Assembly: GCF_009914755.1 (NCBI RefSeq)
Contig: NC_060927.1
Source of the DNA: the human T2T-CHM13v2.0 reference genome, Homo sapiens
Length of the DNA: 64,000 nt
Direction: 5' to 3' (one strand)
Part shown: positions 1-16,578 of the stretch, one piece after another
How the letters are laid out: each line of letters opens with the position of its first letter
Position numbering within the stretch: position 1 is the stretch's first letter
Notes under the pieces: generated by a model
The model's database searches: none
What the model saw: the letters and a program-made list of their open reading frames with translations, nothing else
What the model was told of the DNA's origin: nothing
Translations under genes and position numbers: made by a program

Positions 1-27
1 TTGCTCTTATTTTAAATAAAAATTTTA

Positions 28-322
28 GGCTGGGCCCAGTGGTTCACGCCTGTAATCCGAGCACTTTGGGAGGCCGAGGCGGGTGGATCACCTGAGGTCA
101 GGAGTTCGAGACCAGCCTGACCAATATAGTGAAACCCCGTCTCTACTAAAAATACAAAAATTGGCCGGGTGTGGTGGTGGGCGCCTGTAATCCCAGCTAC
201 TCAGGAGGCTGAGACAGGAGAATTGCTTGAACCTGGAGGCAGAGGTTGCAGTGAGCCGAGATCACGCCACTACACTCCAGCCTGGGTGACAGAGTGAGAC
301 TCCATCTGGAAAAAAAAAAAAT
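28..322 (+). mobile_element. Alu (S-type), full length
   Basis: GGCTGGGC...two monomers...poly(A). Confidence 0.95.
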
Positions 323-1520
<1,198 letters not shown>

Positions 1521-2020
1521 GCCTTGTAAAGCTGAGGCTATCACATTTGAGATAAGGAAGCACTTTCTAGGAAAGAATGTTTTGAAGGAGTCAGAACTCA
1601 GTTTGCCACTCATGTCGCTATCTCCGTTTCTATTGACAGTATCCCAGGCTGTGTAATTCAGGGCATTACTTTTACTCGTCGAAACATGAGTCAGGAATTG
1701 GCTTTGGTGTCAGTGTGGTAGTTTGGAGTATTGCCACGCCTATTTGTGCAAATTCAACTACTTTCAGTTTAAAAGGTTGGGGAGAGATGGGAAATAATGT
1801 AAATACTTTAGGCAATCTATTTTTTCATTCAGTAATCATAAAACTAGGTATGAGATGAGATGAGAAATGTGAATTCCTGTTGCACCTGTTGGTTCCTATG
1901 TGTCTCAGCGTGTGAGCTCTTGCTTCACTTGTGAGTGAAGCATGAGTCCAGTTTGTTCCAAACAACATACTCACTAAACGAAAACTACTTCATTTATTAT
2001 TATCAGTTAAGAAATAGCAC

Positions 2021-2694
2021 TGTCGACCTAAATAAGGAAACTGAGGCAAAATTAATCTAGAGAGTTTATTTGGGGCAAGTTTGAGATTGCAGCTCAGGTA
2101 ACACTGGGAAGTGATCCCGAGAATAAAGGAGTTGCTCGAGTTGTTTTGTTTTGTTTTGTTTTTTTGAGATGGAGTCTCGCTCTGTCGCCAGGCTGGAGTG
2201 CAGTGGCGGATCTCGGCTCACTGCAACCTCTGCCTCCTGGGTTCAAGCGATTCTCCTGCCTCAGCCTCCTAAGTAACTGGGACTACAGGTGCACACCACC
2301 ACGCCCAGCTAATTTTTATATTTTTAGTAGAGATGGGGTTTCACTGTGTTGACCAGGTTGATCTCAATCTCTTGACCTTGTGGTCCACCCGCCTCAGCCT
2401 CCCAAAGTGCTGAGATTACAGGTGTGAGCCACTGTGCCCATCCTGCTCGAGTTTCTAAAGAAAAAAGGATGAATCAGGAGAGGGGCAATTACAAAAGTTG
2501 TTTTTGGGAACTCTTACGGGTTTCCAGAAGTAGCATTGATGAGTGATTGATCGTACATTGTTGAACTATGGGGTAGGAGTTAGAGTATCAAGCATATGGT
2601 ATTGTTAGGTTACTTTATAGCTACTTGTGTCAGTCACTCTAGAGCCCACATAGCGGCTCACATCTCTTAGATTAAAAGTTTCTTTTCTTTCTCA
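2021..2694. mobile_element. Probable ERV1-class solo LTR, interrupted by an Alu
   Basis: Starts TGTCGACCTAAA...GAGAGTTTATTTGGG and ends ...TTTCTCA (TG..CA); family recognised by eye only. Confidence 0.5.
2141..2443 (-). mobile_element. Alu (Sc-like)
   Basis: Full Alu, TSD tgctcgagtt on both sides. Confidence 0.93.
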
Positions 2695-2744
2695 GGATCT
2701 AGCCCAATCCTGAGGGAAAAGCAGCTGTGTTAAGCGTTCCAAAG

Positions 2745-2960
2745 CAGTATATGTAGTGGTCATGGCTTGTGCTCTTGAACCAGACTACCTGGGTTCAAAT
2801 CCTAGTTCAGTGTGCCCTGGGCAGGTTACTTAACCTCTATGCTCAGTGTCCTTATCTGTAAAATGGAGATAGTAATAGCACAACACCTCATAGCAGTGAA
2901 CTAGCATATAAACCATGGTTGGCACATAGTTGGTGCATAATCAATGTTAACTATTTTTGT
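2745..2960 (+). mobile_element. MIR
   Basis: ctgggttcaaatcc...ttacttaacctct...ctgtaaaatggagatagtaata core. Confidence 0.8.
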
Positions 2961-3327
2961 TATTACCAGTATTGTTATTACTGAGACGTGATAAAGGTGG
3001 TATGCTCTTAAGGTATTTTCAAGGGAAACAGCTAACTCTTTTTTTACCTTTGGCTTATGCTTTTAGAACCCAATCCCTGCATGAAATATGATTCTACTGT
3101 ACCAGGCTAGTTTCTCTGTTTGGTGTTTGTTTCTGTAGGGAGCTGATAATCAGATGTGGCTAGCTGTGGGATGGTCATATGTCACAGAACACAGCTATTA
3201 GGGGCAGGAGAGCCTTTGTGTTGGGCAAGGTAGATGTGTAGATATCCTAAAATATATTGAATATGTATGTTTAAGTACACATATTTTAGCCACCAGCATT
3301 TTTCTATGTACAAAGATCCACTGAGTC

Positions 3328-3623
<296 letters not shown>

Positions 3624-4761
3624 AAGATCCACTGAATCTTTTAAAGTCAGTGTAGCCCTTATTATGCTTCTATCCTTTGCTTTTCACTAGAAAATGATTG
3701 TAGCCTATATTGTAGGATGGCATCTATGCAGTCAGTATCCCATGGTACTGCATGTGGGTGCATTATTGTAGGGTACAACACTTTCATGTTTTATGATTCT
3801 ACTCTTCTTCCCTGAGTCCGTGGATTTTTATCTCACCACCGATTGTTGCCTTTGAAGAATTTTGAGGAACATTATAGGTGGCTGTTCGCCATCTTAACCA
3901 CTCTCCCCCTTCCACACTCAGAGGCACAGACTCTCATATTTACTTTCCAGGACTCTGAAAACTGAGGCACTACTCTTGTTCCTGACTTCAACCCTGTCCA
4001 CCCTTCTTCTCACAGAAAAGCTGCCCTTTGTTTTTAGCTGTCACTCTGCAGTGCTGAGGCGCACACGGCTGTTTGCTCACATACTATGAGCAGCAGCTCC
4101 TCTCCTTGACTGCCAGAATGTCGAGGCTTCACTCAGTCCCCTGCCATGCTGGCAGCTACTGCTTCCTCTAAGGCATTACTGATGCCAACCAAGATTTTGT
4201 TTGCTTCTGTCTGCTTTTCTTCCCCCCACCTCTTCCCGCCCCATCTTTCCTATGTTCTCTGGCTCCTTGGCTTTTGCTTAGGAAAAACTGATCACTTATA
4301 GACTTTGCCAACTAATGAGCTCCATCTTTCTGCCAGGCAAACAAATACTTCAAACCAAATGGGCTTTGTCATCAAGCTTTTTTTGACAGTGTTATTTGAG
4401 GCTCAGGCATCTGAGCCTGTTCAGTGCATCTACCACCAAAAGAGGGCTTATGCTAGAGAGTTGGTCTTCAAATAGAACCAGTTATGGTCTTTCCTGTGTC
4501 CATTACTTAGAACAAGGGAAATATAAGCTTAATGAGTTCTAAGGTAATTTGTATTGTGTGTCCAAAATAGCTTCTGAACATGCAAACACTTAATATTTCA
4601 CTGTAGTGATGTAAAGTTATAGTGCACTTGTATATTTCAGATTGAGGAATCTTGAAAAAACTTATGTATCCAGGTGGCGGATTAGAGTTTATCTTTCAAG
4701 TTATAATTATCCTGAAATGTTAACACCATCTCGTTTTTGTGTTTTTTTCCTCTCTCTGTAG

Positions 4762-4816
4762 AATATTTTCCTTCTTGGATATAGTAACTTTGTGCCGATG
4801 TGCACAGATTTCCAAG
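4762..4816 (+). CDS. FBXL2: FBXL2 exon 3 (F-box)
   Basis: ctgtag|A ATA TTT...TCC AAG|gtagag; 55 nt; (R)IFSFLDIVTLCRCAQISK. Confidence 0.96.
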
Positions 4817-5077
4817 GTAGAGTATTCACCAGATTTTTTAATCAATAAATATCAAGTTTTATTAGAATGAGTTTTAGTTCAAATTACTGAAAATTAAAAT
4901 TTTATTATCTTTTATACTTAATATAACATAATGGTATAATTTTGCATTTGATGATTAACTTAATATACATCAAAAATAGGAGTTTGGAAATAAAGGTTAA
5001 TCAAGACTTTCTTTAATAGTCTCAATAAATGTGTTTCTTTCATCCCAATCCCTCTTCCTTTACCTCCCACCTTCCAG

Positions 5078-5152
5078 GCTTGGAACATCTTAGCCCTGGA
5101 TGGAAGCAACTGGCAAAGAATAGATCTTTTTAACTTTCAAACAGATGTAGAG
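5078..5152 (+). CDS. FBXL2: FBXL2 exon 4
   Basis: ttccag|GCT...GAG|gtaagt; 75 nt; AWNILALDGSNWQRIDLFNFQTDVE. Confidence 0.96.
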
Positions 5153-6671
5153 GTAAGTTAGCTTTGGTTTAGACAAAAAACTTTTTAAAAATATGAGTAG
5201 CTGTTCCCCCTTTCCTGACTTTTTATTTTACTGCATTTAGATCTAATATTAAAGTGCTGAGGTAGAACAGAAAGAAGAAAAACTGGAAGGGATTTGCATA
5301 CATCAAAACAAAACCCTGCTTGCATTTTAAATTGTATCAGTAACAGATTTTTTTCCCTTGTTTATGTTTATAGTCTGAATTTTACTACTCAGCTTTTTAA
5401 AGCCACACACCTGCATCATTATCACCTGGTTCAGTGCTTTAACCTTAGGAGACTTGACAAATACTTATTGATCTAGAAAATCCACCGAGAATTCTAATTC
5501 AGCATCAAAAGTGGAGAAATGGCAGAAGCAGAAGCCCAAGAGTGAGGCTGGAGATCTAAAGTGTCACCCTAGCTTGGCCACTTAAGTCATATAATCTCTC
5601 AGTATTCTGTTTTATTATCTATAAAATAAAGTAATAATTAAGTCTTATACAATTATTATATACAGAATATATAAGATTCTGATATATTTATCTGTAAATA
5701 TGTAAATATCTCCATTTAAGTGTGGTAAACCTGATGAAATGAGGAAAGTTTATGTTAAAACAACTTTGATATTCAATACTAAATTTCTAACCAAAAAGAA
5801 AGTTTAGGCAGGGAATAAAAAAAGAGCATTGTACTTAGGAATTGTCTGAAGTGCTGGTTTGAGGGTCTTGAGATTCTGAAGTTTATTTTCTACCTAATAT
5901 AAAACCTAATTGATTTCCAGTTTAGCAAACTTACAGTAGTGGAAATGCATTTTAATTTAGTTACTCACATAGTATGTTTGCTATGTGTTTTTACCAAGAT
6001 GTATATATTGGTTTTTTTTTGTTTGTTTTGGATAAGGAAATGAATGTGTTTAACAGTAGGATTGAGCTAAGCAATTTCCTGCTAGCTACTTAACCTGGCT
6101 TGACCTAGACAAACTAATGATCTAGGTCAGTTGTGGAGACTCTTCACCTCCTTCTCTAGGTTACTTACTGCCTGAGAGTCTCTGGTTCTCATCTTAAACC
6201 AGTGGAGCACAATACTTACAGTAAGTGGGGCAGAGCAGAAGATTTCCCTTTATTAAATAAAGGGGGAAACCCCTTATTTCTGTCATATTGTGGTGCTCTG
6301 CTCTTGGAAGGGGGCAGGGACCTCAAGGATTCACGCCCATCCTGGAAAGATAAGCTCTAGTTCCTGGCTTAACACTGTAGTTTCTGAATTAGGTGTTCTT
6401 TAGTGCTCTTTTGAGACTTAACAGCAGTGATTACAATAGTACTCCACCTAAACATGCCAGCATTCCATGCCAGTGAATATAATTGCCCTTCAAACTGATC
6501 ATACCTAACTCTTTGTTCACTATGTTTACTTAGTGATGATGTGGAGGACATTTAATTTCTAAAAATTGTAGTCATTTCTACTGACCACAAAGTAGAGTTA
6601 TTGTTTTGAAAAAATTGAGCAAAATACTTACTCTTTTTCTGTGGTTCTTCATGTCTCCTCAATTTTGATGA

Positions 6672-6998
<327 letters not shown>

Positions 6999-7014
6999 TG
7001 AACTTTTAAAGTCA

Positions 7015-7313
7015 GGCTGGGTGCAGTGGCCCACACCTGAAATCCCAACACTGTGGGAGGCCATGGCGGGCAGATCACTGGAGCCCAGGAGTTCAAGACC
7101 AGCTTGGGCAACATAGCAAAACTGCGTCTCTACAAAAAAATGAAAAAACAAAAGTTAGCCAGGCACAATGGCACATGCCTGTAGTCCTGGCTACTCAGGA
7201 GGCTGAGGTGGGAGGATCACCTGAGCCCAGGGGGCAGAGGTTGCAATGAGCTCTGATTGTGCCATTGCACTCTAGCCTGGGTGACAGAGTGGGGCCCTGT
7301 CTCAAAAAAAAAA
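7015..7313 (+). mobile_element. Alu (J-type)
   Basis: Full dimer with J diagnostics (gagcccagg). Confidence 0.92.
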
Positions 7314-8397
7314 TTATTTTGATATTAAAAAGTACTACTATTTCAAGTAAATATCACTACCTTGTGCATTATTTGATTACAAGATTTTAGCTGACTGCTG
7401 ACTTTCAGCTAACTGCCATATAAACACATCCCAGAAATACTTAAAAGTATATCCACCAAAGGGGAAGCCAGTTTATGGTTTACCAGTTATATAAAGAATT
7501 GTATGTGAAAACCTAAAATAGCTGGCACCAGAGTTTCAATCTAGTCATAACACTTAGCTTCCCTTTTGGGCTAGCCCCCTTGGTCCACCCTAGATTATGA
7601 ACCAGTCTTGGGGTCTGCCATAGTCCTTAAACAAGACCCTTTGGAGGATGCTTGCCCTAGGAAGCATTTTATGGATAGTCTTAAAAATATGCACTTTGGG
7701 AAGGAAATGGTAACTTTTGGATATGGTTGAGAGAAAAGAGAAGTTGCCAAGGATCAGGATCAACACACTAATAATATTTGTTGTGTGCCTGACACTGTTG
7801 TAAGTACCATATTAAAGAAACTGAGGCAAAGAAAAGGTTGAGTAACTTACCCAAGGTCACTCACCTACTAAGAGGAGACTGTAGGTATCTTGAACGGTGG
7901 GTTGCATGACTGGCACATGAAGAAAAGGCAGAGTAAAGCATCTAGGTGACAAGTGCACACGGTACCTTCCTTCCTCATCACTCTTTCCTGAATACGTGTA
8001 GTTTACCTGAAGTTTGGGTTGGCATTTTCTGTGCCTTTAAAACTTGGACATTTTGTTGTCAGTGTCTTCATGGTTATTGAAGATTGTGCTAGGCCAAAAA
8101 TGAGAAATAACTAAGTAGTGTGTGAATCTAAAAGTGATAACTCCAGGGGTCTTTAGCCCATTTTAGGGCTTATTTTTCTCTAAAGCCCTTCATTCTAAAA
8201 GCATGCCTATAACATATTGTCTAGTAGATAAGACACAGAGTCACTGGCTTGAATATTGCACTGAAATGGATTTGCATTTTCCCCCTTAGTTGGAAACAGT
8301 GGAACAGAAAATTGTGTATGTAGTTTTGTATTCCAGTACAAGAACTTTGCCCCAAAAGGGGAGGACTAGAAAGTTTATATAAATGTTACTAACTTGA

Positions 8398-8518
8398 TAT
8401 TCCCCATCCTGTGTCCATGTGTTCTCATTGTTCAATTCCCTGTATACATATGTAACAAACCTGCACATTGTGCACATGTACCCTAAAACTTAAAGTATAA
8501 TAATAATAAAATTTAAAA
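8398..8518 (+). mobile_element. L1PA 3'-end mini-insertion with 5' inversion
   Basis: Inverted L1 3'UTR piece (8398-8440) plus forward L1 terminus and A-tail; 17-bp TSD aaatgttactaacttga. Confidence 0.9.
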
Positions 8519-8804
8519 AAATGTTACTAACTTGAAATGGAGAAGAGTATATTAGGTGCTCTATTTGTAGACATTGGTGTAGAGCTGCTTTTTTTTTTCC
8601 TGTTTATTAGGTACTTAAATATATATCTTTGATTTCTAAGTCATAATCTTTTTCCCCCTGGTGACAAAGATTTATTTTACAGTTGTCTGGAATTTTGCTT
8701 CAAAAAATATTAATAATCATTAATGCAAGTAGTCTCAAGAAAGTATAAATAAATGCTAGCAGTATCAAAGATTGGATTTTCAACATAATTAAGATGTTAG
8801 CTAG

Positions 8805-9141
<337 letters not shown>

Positions 9142-9270
9142 TGATGTATCCTGGTGAATTCATCATGCTTACAGTTCAGTGCCAAGATTGCTGTTTTATA
9201 AAATGAGGATAATATTATTCAAAACCAATCAAATTGTCCCTTTGAACTTTTCCTCCCTTGTGGAGGTAGA

Positions 9271-9540
9271 GGTTGTAGTTAGTATTTATAACTACCTTCT
9301 TCCACAATGCATTTCTGTATTCCTTTGCCTTCAGCAAGCACCTCAGCTGGTGATGGTTCTTTACCTGGTGGAATGACTCAGACCTTTATTCCTGAAGGTC
9401 TGGTCATTAATAGTCGTGCTTGGATTGGGTTGTTGTAGTTTGCTACTGACATAAATCACAGGGCATGGTAGTACTACAGGATGCCCTAAGGGATCTTCTG
9501 TATTCCACACATACTCTTTCTTACCTCCATTTTGGGAGTG
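9271..9540 (-). mobile_element. ERV-L internal fragment (dUTPase C-terminus / pol end)
   Basis: Translates NGGKKEYVWNTEDPLGHPVVLPCPV...KLQQPNP then, frameshifted, PSGIKV*VIPPGKEPSPAEVLAEGKG...VEEGSYKY*LQP. Confidence 0.82.
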
Positions 9541-9612
9541 TTCATGAAGTTTTTTGACTATTAAATGAGCCATAATAGGTACAAGAAATTGTTCCTCAAA
9601 AAGTGGAAGTAA

Positions 9613-9784
9613 ACCAGGTGCCATGGCATGTTCCTGTAGTCCTAGCTACTCCATAGGCTGAGGCAGGAGGATCACTTGAGCCCAGGAATTTGAGGCTGCA
9701 GTGAGCTATGACCACATCACTATACTCCAATCTGGGCACCAAAGCGAGACCCCCCAACACCAACCCTGTCTCTAAAGAAAAAAA
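9613..9784 (+). mobile_element. Alu right monomer / FRAM
   Basis: cctgtagtcctagctact...tgtctctaaagaaaa. Confidence 0.85.
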
Positions 9785-10415
9785 GTGATTTGAAATAGAA
9801 AACATTTTTTAAAAAGTGGAGGTGCTTAATCATTGTTCATTGTTCATTTTCTTTTTGCTTCCTCTAATATCTCTGCCAGTACTCAACAAAAGTTCCTTTT
9901 TCAAAGCAAATGTGTTTAAGCAGAGGACAGCTAAGGAGGATGAGGGGGAGCTTTTGCAATATATTGTTATACTTTTGAAGTGGTAATGCTTAGCTCAAGT
10001 AGGATTTTCTTTTTAAAGCAGCATTGTCTTAGATCTCTGCTCAGTGGCTGGTATTCCCACAGCTAACCTCAAAAAGCCTTTTGGTTGGTGGAATAGCTGT
10101 GACCTGGGTAGGGAGGGCCTAACCCCAGGGCTAAGGCTTTCAAAAGGCAGTGTACAGGTTTTGGTTTTTGCATTTGTGTTTGTTTTTGTTTGTTGGTTGG
10201 TTTTAGAATACTTAATGCTTTAATTGGACCATTTTTCAGTGCTTGCAGCCCCTGTATGCATTAAGGATAGAACTGAGGTGTTACAGGAATGTTCCAAAAT
10301 ATTTTCTGTTACACTTGGAAAAATATATTCAGTTCCTAGATTTCAGGTTATTTTGCTGTTAGATAAGCAGCATGAAAAAACAGTATTTTTTCCTCCCGAA
10401 CTTTCTTGATTAAAG

Positions 10416-10510
10416 GGTCGAGTGGTGGAAAATATCTCGAAGCGATGCGGTGGATTCCTGAGGAAGCTCAGCTTGCGAGGCTGCATTGGTGTTGGGGATT
10501 CCTCCTTGAA
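10416..10510 (+). CDS. FBXL2: FBXL2 exon 5
   Basis: ttaaag|GGT...TTG AA|gtaagt; 95 nt; GRVVENISKRCGGFLRKLSLRGCIGVGDSSL(K). Confidence 0.96.
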
Positions 10511-10629
10511 GTAAGTCAAATCCAGTGACTCACTGTCATGGCAGCTTGTAGCATTTTCATCAGCAAAAATAAACCAAGCCTATTACATGCTCTTCTTCTG
10601 TTAAAATTCTTTCTGTGGTAATTTGCATA

Positions 10630-10830
10630 GAGTAATGAGAGGACCAGGACTTTGGAATAGCAAACCTGGGTTGGAAACCGAGCTGTACTGTTGTTAGGGA
10701 TGTGACCTTGGGACAAATTATTTCCCCCGGCCGAGTGTCAGTTCTCTCTTCTGCAAAGTCAGGGCAGCTATAGCTCCCACAGGACTGTCATAGGCATAAC
10801 AAGAAATAACATGTATGAAGTGCCTACCTC
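10630..10830 (+). mobile_element. MIR
   Basis: tgtgaccttgggacaaatta...cagttctctcttctgcaaa core. Confidence 0.65.
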
Positions 10831-11010
10831 TTTTCTATTCCCTTCTTCACTTCGGCATCTTCCTAGTTTTCCTCTCATAATATTAGCTACCTTTATATAT
10901 AAATTTTACTAATTGATAAAATAACTATTTCAAAAATTTCCTTGGCATAAGCTAGAATTTTGCTTACTCATAATGAGATGTGATTTTTACATTAATTTTA
11001 TTACAGTTAG

Positions 11011-11360
<350 letters not shown>

Positions 11361-11395
11361 TATTGGGAATGTTATCAATGCTAAGGATGTGTACT

Positions 11396-11545
11396 GGCCA
11401 GGCACAGTGGCTCATGCCTGTAATCCCAGCTCTTTGGGAGGCTGAGGTGGAACGATCCCTTGAAGCCAGGAGTTTGAGACCAGTGTGGGCAGCAAAATGA
11501 GACTCTTCGACCAAACAAACAAACAAACAAACAAACAAACAACAA
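11396..11545 (+). mobile_element. Alu left monomer / FLAM with (CAAA)n tail
   Basis: ggccaggcacagtggctc...(caaa)n. Confidence 0.88.
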
Positions 11546-12165
11546 TTTGTGCTTTGAGGATTTCTGGAGACAGAGATGATTAAAACCTTCATGTCTTTAT
11601 CCTCATGGCCTCTAGTATTGCTTATGAGTTTGGCTAAAATTAGGATATACCCCCCATAACCTTGGAATACACTTTGTGTTCTTGCAGACCTAAATATTAC
11701 CACAATGTACAGCAATCACAGACTTCCAGTAAGAATGTGCAACATACAGTGAATGCAGACAGTAGAATTTATAATTCAAACATCTGCTATACCATTGCTG
11801 AAAAAAAATTGATTCACAACATCTTTTAAGTATAAAAACACTCACTTTAAATGTTATGGAACAAAATGATTTTCCTTAAATGAAGAAAATTCTTTAAATC
11901 ATGAATTAGATTGGCTCTTTTAAACATGTTTAAACAACCCTCCATCACTCATATAAAGCACACTTGAATTGCCATGTATTATTTATTTTATATATTATTG
12001 GATCCTATTTGCTACAATTTTGTTAAAAAATTTTGCATTTGTGGTCATGAGGAATATTGTCTTATGATTTTATTTTCTTATAATGCTTTTGTCTGGTGTA
12101 GGTATCAAGGTAATACTGGCTTCATGGAGTGAATTGGGAAGTATTTCCTCCTATTCACATTTCTG

Positions 12166-12460
12166 GGGGTGTGTTCAGTGGCTGACATCTATAACCCCAG
12201 TGCTTTGGGAGGCCAAGGTGGGAGAATCACTTGAGCCCAGGATTTTGAGACCAGCCTGAGCAACACAGCAAGACCCCATCTCTAAAAAAAAATTAAGTAG
12301 CTGGGTGTGGTGGTGCATACCTGTAGTCCTAGCTATTTGGGAGGCTAAAGTGGGAAGATCACTTGAGCCCAGGAGTTCAAGGCTGCAGTGAGCTATGATC
12401 ACACCACCATACTCAAAGCTGGGTGACAGAGTGAGACTCTATCTCTGAAAAATAAAAACA
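12166..12460 (+). mobile_element. Alu (J-type)
   Basis: Dimer with J diagnostics. Confidence 0.9.
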
Positions 12461-12464
12461 ATTT

Positions 12465-12745
12465 GGCTGGGTGCGGTGGCTCATGCCTGTAATCCCAGCA
12501 CTTTGGGAGACTGAGGCGGGTGGATCACTAGGTCAGGAGATTGAAACCATCCTGGCTAACACAGTGAAACCCTGTCTCTACTAAAAATACAAAAAATTAG
12601 CTGGGCGTGGTGGCAGGTGCCTGTAGTCCCAGCTACTCGGGAGGCTGAAGCAGGAGAATGGCCTGAACTCGGGAGGTGGAGCTTGGCAGTGAGCAAGCAA
12701 CAGAACGAGACTCCATCTCAAAAATAAATAAATTAAATAAAAAAA
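12465..12745 (+). mobile_element. Alu (Y/Sc-like) with 3' deletion
   Basis: ccatcctggctaacac diagnostics. Confidence 0.9.
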
Positions 12746-12875
12746 CAATTTTAAAAAATTCTGGGAGTGTTTATGTACAATTTGTATTTTTTAAAAATGT
12801 TTTGTAGAATTCACTATTGAAGCCGTCTGCTCCTACATGTTTTTTTGGGGGAAGGTTTTTAATTACAAAGTCAGT

Positions 12876-13163
12876 TTCTTTTTTTTTTTCTTTTTAGATG
12901 GAGTTTCACTCTTGTTGCCCAGGCTGGAGTGCAATGGCACAGTCTTGGCTCACTGCAACCTCAAAGGATTCTCCTGCCTCAGCCTCCCAAGTAGCTGAGA
13001 TTACAGGCACCCACCACCATGCCTGGCTAATTTTATATTTTCAGTAGAGACGGGGGTTTCACCATGTTGGCCAGGCTAGTCTTGAAGTCCTGACCTCAGG
13101 TGATCTGCCTGCCTCGGCCTCCCAAAGTGCTGGGATTATAAGCGTGAGCCACCGCACCCGGCC
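12876..13163 (-). mobile_element. Alu (Sp/Sq-like)
   Basis: gagtttcactcttgttgccc... Confidence 0.9.
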
Positions 13164-14377
13164 TCAATTTCTTTAATATGTATAGAACTCTTCAGATTAT
13201 TTCTTCATAAATGAGTTTTGGTAGTCTGCGTCTTTCAAGGAATTTGTCAATTTCACCTAAGTTCCTGGACTTATTAGCATTAAGTTGTTTATAATATCCT
13301 CTTATTTTAATATCTGTAAAATCTGCAGTGATATCCCCTCTCATTTCTGAAATTGGTAATTGTTGTCTTTTTTTTTTTGGTCCTCGTCAGTCTGGCTATT
13401 AAGAGGTCTATCAATTTTATTGATATTCTCAAAGAACCAGCTTTTGTTTTCACCCATTTTTCATTGTTTTTCTGTTTTCTACTTCATTTATTTCCACTCT
13501 GATCTTTATTATTTCCTTCCTTTTGGTTACTTTGGGCTTCATTTGTTTTTGTTTTTGTTTTTTCTCTAGTTTCTTAAGATGGAAGCTGAAGTCATTGGTT
13601 TGAGACCTTTTTTTCTAGTATGGGAGTTTAATGACATAAACTAAGTCAATACTTTGGGGAAAATTTATGCCACAAATTCTTATATGCTATGTTTTCATTT
13701 TCATGCAAAATGCATTCTAATTCCCCTTTTGATTTCTTCCATGACCCATGGGTTGTTTAGAACAATATTATTTAGTTTCCAAATATTTGGACATTTTCCA
13801 GAAGAGCACGTTAATGATTCCTAATTCAATTCAGTTGTGATCACAGAACATAGTTATACCCTGAATCCTTTTAATTTTATTGAGACTTGTTTTGTGGCCA
13901 ATAATATGGCCAGTCTTGGCAAGTGTCCCATGTGCACTTGAAGAGAATGTATATTCTGCTGTTAGATGAAGTGTGCCATAAATGCCAGTAGGTCAGGTTG
14001 GTTGATAGTGTTGAGCAGATCTTCTATATTCTTACTAATTTTCTGACTACTAATTTATCAACTAATAAGAGGAGTATTGAAATATCTGCCTATAATTTTG
14101 CATTTGTCTATTTCTCCTCACAGTCCTATCAGCTCTTGCTTCAAGTATTTTGAAGCTCTGTTACTATGTATATAAACATTTAGAATTGCTATGTCTTTTT
14201 CATTGATTGTCCTTCTTTTATTCCTGATAGTTTTCTTTACTATAAAATCTTCTTTGTCTGATATAGTCATTCCAGCTTTCTTTTGACTAGTGTTGGCATT
14301 ATATATGTTTTTCCATCATTTTATTTTAATCTATTTGTATCTATATTTAAAGTTGATTTTTTATAGTTGGGTGTTGC

Positions 14378-14666
14378 TTTTTTTTCCTTTTTTTTAGATG
14401 GAGTCTTGCTCTGTCGCCCAGGCTGGAGTGCAGTGGAGTGCAGCTCACTGCAGCCTCTGCCTCCTGAGTTCAAGCCATTCTCCTCAGCCTTCCGAGTAGC
14501 TGGGACCACAGGCGTGTGCCACCACGCCCAGCTAATTTTTTATATTTTTAGTAGAGATGGGGTTTCACCATGTTAGCTAGGATGGTCTTGATCTCCTGAC
14601 CTTGTGATCCGCCTTCCTTGGCCTCCCAAAGTGCTGGGATTACAGGCGTGAGCCACCGTGCCCAGC
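14378..14666 (-). mobile_element. Alu (Y/Sc-like)
   Basis: TSD tgggtgttgctttt. Confidence 0.9.
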
Positions 14667-14739
14667 TGGGTGTTGCTTTTTATCCAATATGACAATCTTT
14701 GCTTTTTAATTTGTGTTAGACCATTTGCATTTAATGTGA

Positions 14740-15189
<450 letters not shown>

Positions 15190-15379
15190 TAGCTCTTCAT
15201 ATGTTTAGTTGTTGCTTTAGAGTTTATTGACTGCATCTTTGATTTAGTACAGTCTACCTTCATATTGTATTACATAACACTTCCACTTCTCCTCACTCGG
15301 TTGTCATACATTTTAATTCTACTTACATAAACTTCATAATAGATTTAGTATCTTTAACAGCCAATTATTTTTAAGAGAT

Positions 15380-15695
15380 TTATTATTATCATTATTATCA
15401 TTATTATTATTATTTTAGATAGTCTCACTCTGTCACCCAGGCTGGAGTGCAGTACCATGGTCTAGGCTCAGTGCAACGTCTGCCTCCCAGGTTCAAGTGA
15501 TTCTTGTGCCTCAGCCTCCCAAGTAGCTGAGACTACAGGCATGTACCACCCCGCCCGGCTAATTTTTGTACTTTTAGTAGAGACAGAGTTTTGCCCAGTT
15601 GGCCAGGCTGGTCTCAAACTCCTGGCCTCAAGTGATCTGCCTGCCTCAGCCTCCCAAAGTGTTGGGATTACAGGCATGAGCCACAGTGCCCGGCC
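15380..15695 (-). mobile_element. Alu (Sx-like) with (TTA)n tail
   Basis: TSD attttttaagagattta-like. Confidence 0.9.
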
Positions 15696-15915
15696 TATTT
15701 TTAAGAGATTTAAATTTAAAAGTTGTATACACCCAAGTAGTTGCTATGTCCAGTCATTCCTTTCTGTAGACACATATTTTTATCTGGTATCATTTTCTTT
15801 CTGCATAAAGAAGTTTTTTTACATTTCTTTTACTGCAAGTCTGATTAATTCTTCCAGCTCTTCTATGTCTAAAAAAATCTGTTTTTTCCTCCACTTAAAA
15901 AAAATATTTTTGCTG

Positions 15916-16223
<308 letters not shown>

Positions 16224-16227
16224 CTAG

Positions 16228-16578
<351 letters not shown>

